64,000 bases of DNA from an uncultured Alphaproteobacteria bacterium (lineage in GTDB: Bacteria > Pseudomonadota > Alphaproteobacteria > Rhizobiales > Xanthobacteraceae), in the NCBI GenBank assembly GCA_963745515.1, contig CAVUXO010000025.1, positions 30,381 to 94,380 of the forward strand, given 5' to 3'. A program made the position numbers and the translations under genes. The notes under the pieces were generated by a model. That model made no database searches. It was not told the DNA's origin and saw nothing but the letters and a program-made list of their open reading frames with translations. Below, one piece after another: positions 47,744 through 56,498 of the stretch (within the stretch, counting starts at the first letter, position 1; each line of letters begins with the position of its first letter).

Positions 47744-48846
47744 CAGGCGTCCGAAGCTTCACGATTGATGGAGTACCAAAGCAGCGAACGACGCAAGCCC
47801 TCGTCCACGGACACCTGCGGATCATAACCAAGCTCGCTGCGCGCCTTGGCAATGACCGGGCAGCGACGATTTGGATTGTCGATGAGGTAGTCGCTGTCCT
47901 CGCTTGGCCGGTGAACGACCTTGCCCTTGTAGCCGAAAAGCTCGCGGCCCAACGCCACCACCTTCTCGGCGAGCTCTTTCATCGAAATTTCCGGGGTCTC
48001 GACGCCGATATTGTAAGCCTCGCCGGGTCGTCCCTTCACGAGGATCTTGTAGTAGCCGGCCACTGCATCGGCGACGTAGCAGAAGGTTCGCTTGGCGCTG
48101 CCATCCGACAGCATGACAATGTCGCGCTCGGCAAGAATGTCGCGCGCGAAGTCCGGGATGACCCGACGGTCCGAGATCTTCAGCCCTGGACCAAAGTTGT
48201 TGAATGGTCGAGCCACCTTGATCGGAACGCCATGCTGACGGGCAAAGTTGACGCAAAGGGTCTCGCCGTAGCGCTTCGACTCGTCGTAGCAGGCGCGCGG
48301 CCCAGTGCATGATACGTTGCCGCGGTAGGTCTCCGGCGTCGGAATAGTGTCCAGCGTCGGATCGCCGTAGATCTCACTGCTCGAATAGAACAGCACGCCC
48401 TCGACGGGGCGGTCCGTAGCACTTTGCGCGCGACTATAATCGAGAATGAAGCGCAGACCATTGATGTTGGCGTCCATGGTCTCGATGGGGTACTTGCGAT
48501 AGTAGGTGGGAGACGCAATCGAAGCGGCATGAACGATGTACTGCTGGTTTCCCAGGTCAGCCGGCAGAGGCTGTGTGATGTCGTGTTTGAGCAGTCGAAC
48601 GCTCCCTGCCAACGCGGTCAGCCAATCGGGAACGCCACGCATAAAATTGTCAAGCACCGTCACATTAATGGGCGGTGCACTCGGATTCAGCTTGTTCCAG
48701 TGCAGGGCAGTCTGCACCAGATAGTAACCAAGGAAGCCGGCGCCACCGGCGATCAGCAAGTTGCGACCGGAGAGCTTAGGCAGTTCCCCAGTAAGTTGCT
48801 TGACGATGAGATCGAGATCGGCTGCCTTAACCTGTTCCGCGTTCAT
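47743..48846 (-). CDS. UXS-like NAD-dependent nucleotide-sugar decarboxylase/epimerase (divergent UDP-glucuronate decarboxylase family)
   Basis: LLIAGGAGFLGYYLV, SSSEIYGDP, CYDESKRYGETL, ARPFNNFGPG and RTFCYVADAV parallel the canonical UXS blocks at 60008-60965. The stop overlaps the start of the downstream dehydrogenase (ATGA). Alternative GTG start at 48882. Confidence 0.8.
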   Translation of the reverse strand: MNAEQVKAADLDLIVKQLTGELPKLSGRNLLIAGGAGFLGYYLVQTALHWNKLNPSAPPINVTVLDNFMRGVPDWLTALAGSVRLLKHDITQPLPADLGNQQYIVHAASIASPTYYRKYPIETMDANINGLRFILDYSRAQSATDRPVEGVLFYSSSEIYGDPTLDTIPTPETYRGNVSCTGPRACYDESKRYGETLCVNFARQHGVPIKVARPFNNFGPGLKISDRRVIPDFARDILAERDIVMLSDGSAKRTFCYVADAVAGYYKILVKGRPGEAYNIGVETPEISMKELAEKVVALGRELFGYKGKVVHRPSEDSDYLIDNPNRRCPVIAKARSELGYDPQVSVDEGLRRSLLWYSINREASDA

Positions 48847-49216
48847 TATATATTGCCATGATGATATTTTTGCGAATGGCACTGTGGGGTTTATGCCTTA
48901 TCTGTCAAGGCATTTGCCAGTGAGAGACGCCAGACTTGGCCGCAATGCTTAACTTCCATCCGCATGCCTACACACCGGCCGGAGTGAGCCTCCGGCGAGC
49001 TGTACGTACACTCGGCGGGGACGGTAACTTTCTTTAGGGATTGCCAAGCCGGCTGTGTTCGCCCCATCAAAGATTTGACTAGAATGCCAAGGCGGTGCTT
49101 GCAAGCGCGGCAACGACATGACGCAACGATGGTCACGGGCGGCCCATAAAGATTATAGTCGAGAAAGGCGGTAGACCTGTGCAGACAGGCATGCGTCGCC
49201 CGGAGAAAGTAGGCTC

Positions 49217-49873
49217 ATGAGAACATTGCAGTTCGGCGCGCCCGGCGACCGTCTGTCGGTCCTCTGCCTGGGCGCCCACTCGGACGACATTGAGATTGGC
49301 GTTGGCGGCACATTGCTGACCTGGCTGGCGCAGGGTCGCAAGCTGGATGTCTTTTGGTGCGTCCTGAGTGGTGGCCAGGATGTCCGGGAAGCCGAAGCCC
49401 GGGCGTCGGCAAGTGACTTCCTGCAAGGTGCGGCTAGTGCGCAGGTCAAAGTCATGCCGTTCAAGAACAGCTTCTTTCCTTCGCAGGAGCACGAGATCAA
49501 GCCCTGGTTCGAATCCCTCAAGTCCTGGGCAAACCCGGATCTCATTTTCACCCACCGCCGCGACGACCTGCATCAGGACCACAGGGAGGTCTGCCGCCAT
49601 ACCTGGGCGACGTTTCGCGACCACGTCATTCTCGAATATGAGATTCCCAAATGGGATGGCGACCTCGGTCAGCCCAATTTCTATGTCCCTCTGACGGCCG
49701 AGGTTCTGCAGCGCAAGATCGACCTTCTCGTCGCACATTTCGGCACACAGCGAGGGAAGGACTGGTTCGATGACGAGACATTTCGCGGACTTGCCCGGCT
49801 GCGCGGCATGGAGAGCCGGGCGCCAGAGCACTACGCGGAAGCTTTCTTCGCGCGAAAGCTCGTTCTTGGCTGA
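49217..49873 (+). CDS. PIG-L/LmbE family N-acetylglucosaminyl deacetylase
   Basis: LCLGAHSDDIEIGVGGT and the HQDH metal-binding motifs typical of PIG-L deacetylases. Confidence 0.85.
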   Translation: MRTLQFGAPGDRLSVLCLGAHSDDIEIGVGGTLLTWLAQGRKLDVFWCVLSGGQDVREAEARASASDFLQGAASAQVKVMPFKNSFFPSQEHEIKPWFESLKSWANPDLIFTHRRDDLHQDHREVCRHTWATFRDHVILEYEIPKWDGDLGQPNFYVPLTAEVLQRKIDLLVAHFGTQRGKDWFDDETFRGLARLRGMESRAPEHYAEAFFARKLVLG

Positions 49874-49892
49874 TCCTTGGCTGATCAGATGC

Positions 49893-50468
49893 TCACGCGG
49901 TAACGCCGGCGCTCATTCTCCGTTTCAGCTCGCTCTCAATCTGATCGAGCAGTGGGAATTTCTGATCTTTCTCCGAGATCATCGCGATCGGCAGGGGCCA
50001 GCTCAGCCCGAGGCGCGGATCATCTTGCCTTAGACCGCCTTCCGCCTCGGGGGTGTAGAATTCGCCCGCTTGATAGCTCGCATCGCTGTTGTCGTGCAGC
50101 GTCTGATAGCCATGGGCGAAGCGTTCGGGAACATAGAGCGCGCGCTGGTTCTCTTCGTTGAGCTCAACCGCCACATGCTGCAGATAGGTGGCACTTTCGG
50201 GGCGCAGATCCACAATGACGTCGAGGATCGCGCCCCGCGTGCAGCGCACGAGCTTGGTTTCAGCTGCCGGCGGGTACTGAAAATGCATGCCGCGCACTGT
50301 CCCTTTTTTTGGGTTGGATGCGAAATTGACCTGCGCAACGACCGGCTTCAGTCCGTGTGCCGTGAATTCGTTCTGGCAAAAAGCCCGCGCAAAAAAACCT
50401 CGCGCGTCCTGTCTGCGCTCCAAATCGATCACAAAGGCGCCTTTGAGTGCGGTCTCGCTGAAAATCAC
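49893..50468 (-). CDS. rfbC: dTDP-4-dehydrorhamnose 3,5-epimerase family (RmlC-like cupin)
   Basis: DARGFF, GTVRGMHFQ, KLVRCTRGAILDVIVDLR, RALYVPERFAHGYQTL: the RmlC signature set. Confidence 0.88.
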   Translation of the reverse strand: MIFSETALKGAFVIDLERRQDARGFFARAFCQNEFTAHGLKPVVAQVNFASNPKKGTVRGMHFQYPPAAETKLVRCTRGAILDVIVDLRPESATYLQHVAVELNEENQRALYVPERFAHGYQTLHDNSDASYQAGEFYTPEAEGGLRQDDPRLGLSWPLPIAMISEKDQKFPLLDQIESELKRRMSAGVTA

Positions 50469-50867
50469 AATTCATCTCCCGATACGGACATCGTGTCATG
50501 CGCGAAAATGAAGCAATGCTCGACTACGCGCAACAACGCCAAGCTCCGCAGGGTGACTTCCGAAGCAGCCTTATGACATCGAATTGAAGCGTCGTGAAAC
50601 TATAGTGCGGTTCTTGCGCAGGAAACCACTGGCGGTATACTTGGATTGGCGACCTGCAACCCTTTCTTACGACCATTGGATATTTACCCTACTATGGACT
50701 AGCGGCGGTTGTACCGGTCGCAATCCATAGAAGTTTGTTGAATTCAGTGCGATTGATATGAGAAAGATAGCAGGTCCCGAACCCCGGGGCCAATGATCGT
50801 TAATCAAATTGTCATAGACCTCGTTCGATCGCAGTCACGGTCGGAGGTCATGTGCGTGAGTGCGCAA

Positions 50868-51659
50868 ATGAAAGTCGTACTTTTCTGCGGTGGCCTTGGG
50901 ACGCGGATCCGCGAGTATTCGGAGAATGTACCCAAGCCGATGATCCCGGTCGGCGCGCAGCCGATCCTCTGGCATGTCATGCAATATTACCGGCACTACG
51001 GACATCGGGACTTCATCCTTTGCCTCGGCTACAAGGCCAATGTGATCAAAGACTACTTTCTGAACTACAAGGCATCGGCCGAGAGTGATTGCGTCGTCTC
51101 GGAGTTCGGCAGCAAGATTGAAATACTGGGCGAACAGCCGCCCGATTGGCGGGTCACGTTGGTGGACACTGGCGTGTGGCGCAACATTGGTGAGCGCCTT
51201 TTCGCTGTCAAAGATCACCTGCGGGGCGAAGACGTGTTCCTCGCGAACTACAGCGACGGCCTTACCGACGTACCATTGCCAGAGATGATCGAATTCTTCA
51301 AGAAGAGCGGCAAGATCGGCTGTTTCGTTGCGGTGCGCGCTCCATTCAACTTTCATCTGGCCGAATTCGAGGGGGACGGTTTGGTCCGCCGATTCCGTTC
51401 GAATAAGGAATTGGAAGTTTGGATCAACGGCGGCTATTTCATCTTCCGCAAGGAAATCTTTGACTATATGCGCGATGGCGAGGAACTGGTGCTGGAACCG
51501 TTTGAGCGGCTCATTAAGGCACGCGAGCTCATCGCCTATCGGTACGAAGGGTTTTGGCGCGCGATGGATACACTGAGAGACAGGCAGGTCCTCGAAGAAA
51601 TGGTGGAGCAGGGGAAAGTGCTGTGGCGCCCTGGCGGGGACCACCTATCGCCAAAGTAG
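50868..51659 (+). CDS. rfbF: Glucose-1-phosphate cytidylyltransferase
   Basis: MKVVLFCGGLGTRIREYSENVPKPMIPVGAQPILWHVMQYY..GHRDFILCLGYKANVIKDYFLNY and the C-terminal YEGFWRAMDTLRD match RfbF closely. Confidence 0.9.
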   Translation: MKVVLFCGGLGTRIREYSENVPKPMIPVGAQPILWHVMQYYRHYGHRDFILCLGYKANVIKDYFLNYKASAESDCVVSEFGSKIEILGEQPPDWRVTLVDTGVWRNIGERLFAVKDHLRGEDVFLANYSDGLTDVPLPEMIEFFKKSGKIGCFVAVRAPFNFHLAEFEGDGLVRRFRSNKELEVWINGGYFIFRKEIFDYMRDGEELVLEPFERLIKARELIAYRYEGFWRAMDTLRDRQVLEEMVEQGKVLWRPGGDHLSPK

Positions 51660-51756
51660 AACATGAAGGCTGGCAGTTGGTCGCTGGATCGTTGTCGGTT
51701 CTCTGCCCTGTGGCCCGGACTTCGTGTTCAGGACGTGGTGCCCAGCACTTCGCTGA

Positions 51757-52876
51757 ATGGAAGCTGCCATGACTGACAAGTCTACGATGCCTTCGCCTCG
51801 GTTCCGCGCCGGTGAATGGGTGCAGGTCCGAACCAAGGAAGAAATTCTTAGCTACGTTGGACGCCAACGGCCGGCTCGACGCGCTGCCGTTCATGCCGGA
51901 GATGCTCCGATATTGCGGGAAGAAAATGCAGGTCGGCAAGCGGGCTCACAAGACCTGCGATCCTGCGGTCGGGATCGGCGGCCGCAAGATGGCGAGTACG
52001 GTCCATCTGGAGAACATTCGCTGCGATGGATCGGCCCATGACGGCTGCGAAGCCGGGTGCCTGATCTTCTGGAAGGAGGCGTGGCTCAAGCGCACTCGAC
52101 GGCGAGGCGTCCCGCGTGCCTCCGCCAGTGGCGCTCGTCGCAGCCGCGCCCAATGTACCGAGGATGCCCTCCGCTCTGCGTCAAGATCCCGACGGCCCCC
52201 GGCGAAACCGAACCGACCTATGTGTGCCAGAACACGCAGATCAAGTTCGCGACGCAACCGCTGCGCTGGTGGGACGTGCGCCAGTACGTCGAGGATTACA
52301 CGTCGGGCAACGTCAGCCTGTCGCAGCTGGCCATCGGCCTGCTGTACTCAACTTGGCGAACCGTCGCCGAAGCCGGCATCGGCGTCGGCTCTGCGATGCG
52401 CTGGATCTACGACCAGTTCCAGCGCGCTGATCGGCGGCACGCCATATCCGTTGCGGCCGTTCGGCGTGCCCAAGGGCACCCCGACGCCGAAGGCGCAGCT
52501 CGATCTGCAAGACAGGCGAGCGGGTTCGCGTCAAGCCGTACAGGAGATTCTGAAGACGCTGGATTCCAACTATCGCAATCGCGGATTGTATTTCGACGCC
52601 GAGATGGTGCCGTTCACCGAGCGCGAGTATGACGTCGAGCGTCGGCAGAAGCAGATCATCGACGAAGAGACCGGCAAGATGATCCGGTTCAAGACCGATG
52701 CAATCATGCTCAAGGACGTCGTCTGCGAGGCGCGTTATGCTATTTGCCGCCGCTTCTGCCCGCGCGCGATCTACTCCCTACTGGCGCGAGATCTGGCTGG
52801 AGCGTGTTCCAGCAGGCGGAGTCAAGACAAGACTGAGCGTTCGAAGCAGCCGCAAGGAAAGAGCGTTCGCCTTTGA
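51757..52876 (+). pseudogene. Conserved-hypothetical, internally duplicated Cys-containing protein; heavily frameshifted
   Basis: A sensible protein can only be read by hopping frames: GEWVQVRTKEEIL | ATLDANGRLDALPFMPEMLRYCGKKMQVGKRAHKTCD...VHLENIRCDGSAHDGCEAGCLIFWKEAWLKR | ... | GETEPTYVCQNTQIKFATQPLRWWDVRQYVEDY...DQFQRA | LIGGTPYPL... | (GERVRVKPY) | EILKTLDSNYRNRGLYFDAEMVPF...CRRFCPRAIY | PYWREIWLERV. At least 5 frame changes. Confidence 0.5.
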
Positions 52877-52916
52877 CACGAGACGTCCGACAAATATTTC
52901 GAGGAGAACAAGCCCT

Positions 52917-54400
52917 ATTGCGGGCCTTGGCCGCGCGTCGTTGCGCAGTGGCGTGATCTTCGTCGCCGCGCGCGGCGTGAACATCATTCGTCCAACTGGC
53001 GTCGACGATCCTGCTGGCGCGCCTGCTCAGTCCTCATGACTTCGGTCTTGTCGCCATGGTGCTGGCGCTGGTCGGCTTCGCGCCGATGCTGATCGATCTC
53101 GGCACCACCGATGCGTCGACCCAGAAGACGCACATCACCGAAGCCGAAATCAGCACCCTGTTCTGGCTCAACATCGCGATCGGCGCTGCGTCTTGACCGT
53201 TCTGCTTGCCAGCAGCAGCGGCGTTGATTGCGCGCATCTTTGGCGAGCCCTCTCTGACCGGCATCGCGCTGGTGTTGTCGCTCACCTTTGTCACTGACGG
53301 CGCTATCGACCCAGCACTACGCGCTGATGCGCCGGGCCATGCAGTTCCGTCGCATCGCGATGATCGATATTTCTGCGAATGTGATCGGCAGCATCGTCAG
53401 CGTTGCCATGGCGTTTACAGGATGGGGTTATTGGTCGCTGGTCGCAAAGCCGATCGTGACGTCGGGCTTGACAGCCGTCGGCGTCTGGATGAGTTGCCGA
53501 TGGGTGCCGGGGCGGCCGCGGCTTACGTCGGACGTGAAGGAACTGGTCGGCTTCGGTCTGGGCGTCACCGGCTTCACCATGACGGATTATCTCGACGAAA
53601 TCGGCAGACCGAATTGCGATCGGCTATTTCTACGGGGCAGGGCCCGCTCGGCTATTTCCAGAATGCGTTCACGATCTACAGCAACGTGCTCGAGCATTCT
53701 CACCGAGCCGCTGCACAACATCGCGGTAGTCCGGTCTGAGCAAGCTCAGGAACGACGTCGAGGAGCTCAAGCGATCGTGGGCCATCGGCACTGTCGTCGC
53801 TGAGCTTTCGTCACTTCCGGACTATTTGCGGTGCTCGCCGTCACCGGACAGGATTTCGTGGTGCTGTTGCTCGGGCAGAAATGGGCGCCCGCGGGTCCGC
53901 TGTTGTGCATCTTTGCCGTAAGAGGCATCGCCCACAGCGTCGAACGCTCGCATGGGGTGGCTCCACGTCGCAGCTGGACGGTCCGATCGCTGGATGCGAT
54001 GGGGATCTTTAGCGCCGGTGTCCAACTCGTGGCATTGGTTGCCGGCCTTCCGTTCGGGCCTATTGGTGTCGCGACAACATATACGATCGCCATGTTTGGT
54101 TTGTTCGTGCCGGCTTTGGTTTATGCCGGACGTCCATTCGGAATTGGAGTCAAGGATGTGCTGGCCGCATCGGGCCCACAGACGGCTTCAGGACTCATCA
54201 CTGTCGCGGCGGGGTTTGCGGTACAACACTTTTTCCTCGCCGACTTCTCACTGCCAGGCAGATTTTTTACCTCCGCACTTGTCTGTCTGGTGACATATCT
54301 CGCGCTTGCGGTAGGGATCTTCAGGGTAACCGGTCCATTGCGGCTAGCGCTGTCGTTGCTGCGTGACTTCCGGCCAAAGCGATCGCCGGGAAGCACTTGA
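52917..54400 (+). pseudogene. Wzx-type polysaccharide flippase (MOP/polysaccharide biosynthesis protein family), heavily frameshifted
   Basis: Fragments in all three + frames concatenate to a Wzx-like 12-14 TM protein: ASLRSGVIFVAARGVNI | VQLASTILLARLLSPHDFGLVAMVLALVGF... | AAALIARIFGEPSLTGIALVLSLTF | ALSTQHYALMRRAMQFRRIAMIDISANVIGSIVSVAMAFTGWGYWSLV... | PLGYFQNAFTIYSNVL | ... | AVTGQDFVVLLLGQKWAPAGPLLCIFAV...GLPFGPIGVATTYTI. At least 6 frame changes. AGGAGA RBS at 52902-52907. Confidence 0.65.
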
Positions 54401-54418
54401 ACCTGCAAGAGCGAGAAC

Positions 54419-54853
54419 ATGAAACATCTTGAGCGCATTTTCATCAGCGTTGACACCTGGCCATGGAGTGTCATTTCACGCGTGGCGCTCGGACTGCTAA
54501 TCCCTCCGGTGTTTCGCGCGCTGTCCGGAGGTTCCGACGCGGTTTGGATCCCTTTGATCTTGTTCGTCGGGTTGTTGGTTGCGCTGCGCGTCGGTCCCGC
54601 GGTGCTGCGACATGTTCTGCCATTTTCTGCCGACGCAAAGGAAATCTGGGCAGTTCGGCGTAATATTGCCAAGCTGCATGATTCCTACCAGTGGCAGAAA
54701 CTATTCTGGATCGGTCTCGGCCTGCTGCCCTATGCTGTCATCGGGAATGGGCTGAGCAATGGCGAGCTTGTGGTGATGCTGTTTTGCCTGATCGGCGGCA
54801 GCTTGGGACTTCTGTTCTGGTATAGGGTCGATGCCAAGCCGGCGACCCAATAA
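54419..54853 (+). CDS. Small hypothetical membrane protein (4 predicted TM helices)
   Basis: 144-aa ORF with hydrophobic segments (VISRVALGLLIPPVF, WIPLILFVGLLVAL, LFWIGLGLLPYAVI, LVVMLFCLIGGSLGLLFW). No recognisable family. Confidence 0.4.
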   Translation: MKHLERIFISVDTWPWSVISRVALGLLIPPVFRALSGGSDAVWIPLILFVGLLVALRVGPAVLRHVLPFSADAKEIWAVRRNIAKLHDSYQWQKLFWIGLGLLPYAVIGNGLSNGELVVMLFCLIGGSLGLLFWYRVDAKPATQ

Positions 54854-55301
54854 TGGCCTGCCAGAATTTGTGGCGTGGCGGGACTGTTCTTCTGGCGCAG
54901 GTCAATGCTGCGGTAACCATCCGATGAACACCGCGCATTGGGCAGTGTGACGGCGCTTTGCAGTAGATCTGCCGCCACGCTAGGCAAATTTGGCGACGTA
55001 TCGACGACAAAAGGATGAAATCGTTAGCATGCCATTCATTGAATTAGACTGCTGATCTCACCATTAATCATGAAGGCGAAGCCATATGTTTTCAGGTGGA
55101 CACTGGAGATCGGCGCCAATAGCATTACCGTCACGTTGAATTGATAAGTCTACAAGTTAAAGAGCGATCGTCCAAAATGTCTTACAAGGTTCATCCCCGA
55201 CCTGCGAGCTCCGCGCCTGCCGCCGCGACGAGATGCGGGGCTCTTGGTGTTCACACCCCCGCAGGGACCCGTTAGCCGTGGCGCTTGCAACGAGCCTTGA
55301 A

Positions 55302-56447
55302 ATGCTGACTCCAGCCATCGATGCGCAGTCGGAGCGCGTGAAGCTCAGCATAGTCATCCCTTGCTACAATGAGGAGAGGACTCTTGAAGCTTGCGTGGAT
55401 AGCGTGCTCGAGATCCAGAGCGAAACGCTGGAACTCGAGCTGATCATCGTCGACGACTGCTCGACGGATGCGAGCCTGAGCGTTGCGCGCCGTCTCGCGG
55501 AGCGCGTTCCGGGCATGATCCTCCGTCACCATGAGAAGAACCAGGGCAAGGGCGCGGCTCTCCGCACGGGCATCGCCTCGGCCACGGGGGACTTCGTGGC
55601 AATTCAGGATGCCGACCGGGAGTACGACCCGCGCGACTTGGTGCGGCTGCTCATCCCGCTCCGTGCTGGAGAAGCGGACGTCGTGCTGGGGTCGCGTTTT
55701 CTTTCATACGGCTATCACCGCGTTCTTTATTACTGGCACTCGTTGGGCAACCGCGTCTTGACGACGCTCTCCAATATGCTCACCGATCTCAATCTCACGG
55801 ACATGGAGACTTGCTACAAAGTCTTCCGTCGCGAGGTCATCCAGAGCATCACCATCGAGGAGAACCGGTTTGGGTTTGAACCGGAGGTCGTCGCCAAGGT
55901 GGCTCAGATGCGGCTCCGCGTGTACGAAATGGGTATTTCGTACCGCGGTCGCACCTATGCGGAAGGCAAGAAGATCGGGGTGCGAGACGGCTGGCGCGCC
56001 CTCTACTGCATCCTCAAATACAACCTTCCCAAGGTTCCGGTCGCGATTCAGTTCCTGTTCTACCTGCTCGTCGGCGGCTTTTCGGCCATCGTCAATCTGC
56101 TGGTGTTTGTCGCTGCGCACAGCGCTGGTCTCAGCGTCTCCGTGGCCGCGGTGACGGCGTTCTTCATCGCCGCGCTGGTCAACTACTTCCTGTCGATCAA
56201 GCTGATCTTTCGACACAATGCCAAATGGCGGACGTCCTCCGAGCTCCTGGTGTATTTCTTCGTGGTGTCCGTGATCGGCATCATCGACATGTACACCACC
56301 GTCGGGTTCGTTTCACTCGGCACCCCGCCCTGGCTGGCCAAAGTCAGTGCCACGGCGATTGGACTGGTGCTGAATTTCGCAGCTCGACGCTTCATCGTGT
56401 TTCCAGAAGCACCAAGGCCCGATTGGAAACCTCAAGACCCCAAATAG
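55302..56447 (+). CDS. Bifunctional GT2 polyprenyl-phosphate glycosyltransferase (DPM1/ArnC/GtrB-like) fused to a GtrA-like membrane domain
   Basis: LSIVIPCYNEE...LIIVDDCSTD...NQGKGAALRTG...VAIQDADREYDP (GT2, DPM1-like), followed by 4 TM helices with the GtrA signature region FLFYLLVGGFSAIVNLLVF...FAARRFIVF. Confidence 0.85.
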   Translation: MLTPAIDAQSERVKLSIVIPCYNEERTLEACVDSVLEIQSETLELELIIVDDCSTDASLSVARRLAERVPGMILRHHEKNQGKGAALRTGIASATGDFVAIQDADREYDPRDLVRLLIPLRAGEADVVLGSRFLSYGYHRVLYYWHSLGNRVLTTLSNMLTDLNLTDMETCYKVFRREVIQSITIEENRFGFEPEVVAKVAQMRLRVYEMGISYRGRTYAEGKKIGVRDGWRALYCILKYNLPKVPVAIQFLFYLLVGGFSAIVNLLVFVAAHSAGLSVSVAAVTAFFIAALVNYFLSIKLIFRHNAKWRTSSELLVYFFVVSVIGIIDMYTTVGFVSLGTPPWLAKVSATAIGLVLNFAARRFIVFPEAPRPDWKPQDPK

Positions 56448-56498
56448 GCCGAAGGACGGAGCGCGTACGAGCGAGGCGGCAAGTCGACCGCTTGAAAC

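Noticed and set aside
49167-49179. GGCGGTAG (the ops/JUMPstart core recognised by RfaH in enterobacterial polysaccharide operons), about 45 nt upstream of the PIG-L gene on the coding strand.
   Set aside because: An 8-mer is expected by chance in 128 kb of GC-rich sequence. The downstream bases (ACCTG) do not match the extended ops consensus as I remember it, and RfaH/ops regulation is not established for this type of alphaproteobacterium. It is worth a genome-wide motif count but cannot be supported as a feature.
49506-49516. GGTTCGAATCC, the canonical tRNA T-loop sequence.
   Set aside because: It lies inside the well-supported PIG-L deacetylase CDS (encoding PWFES). The flanking bases do not form a T-stem (CCTGG vs CCCTC) or any acceptor/anticodon arms.
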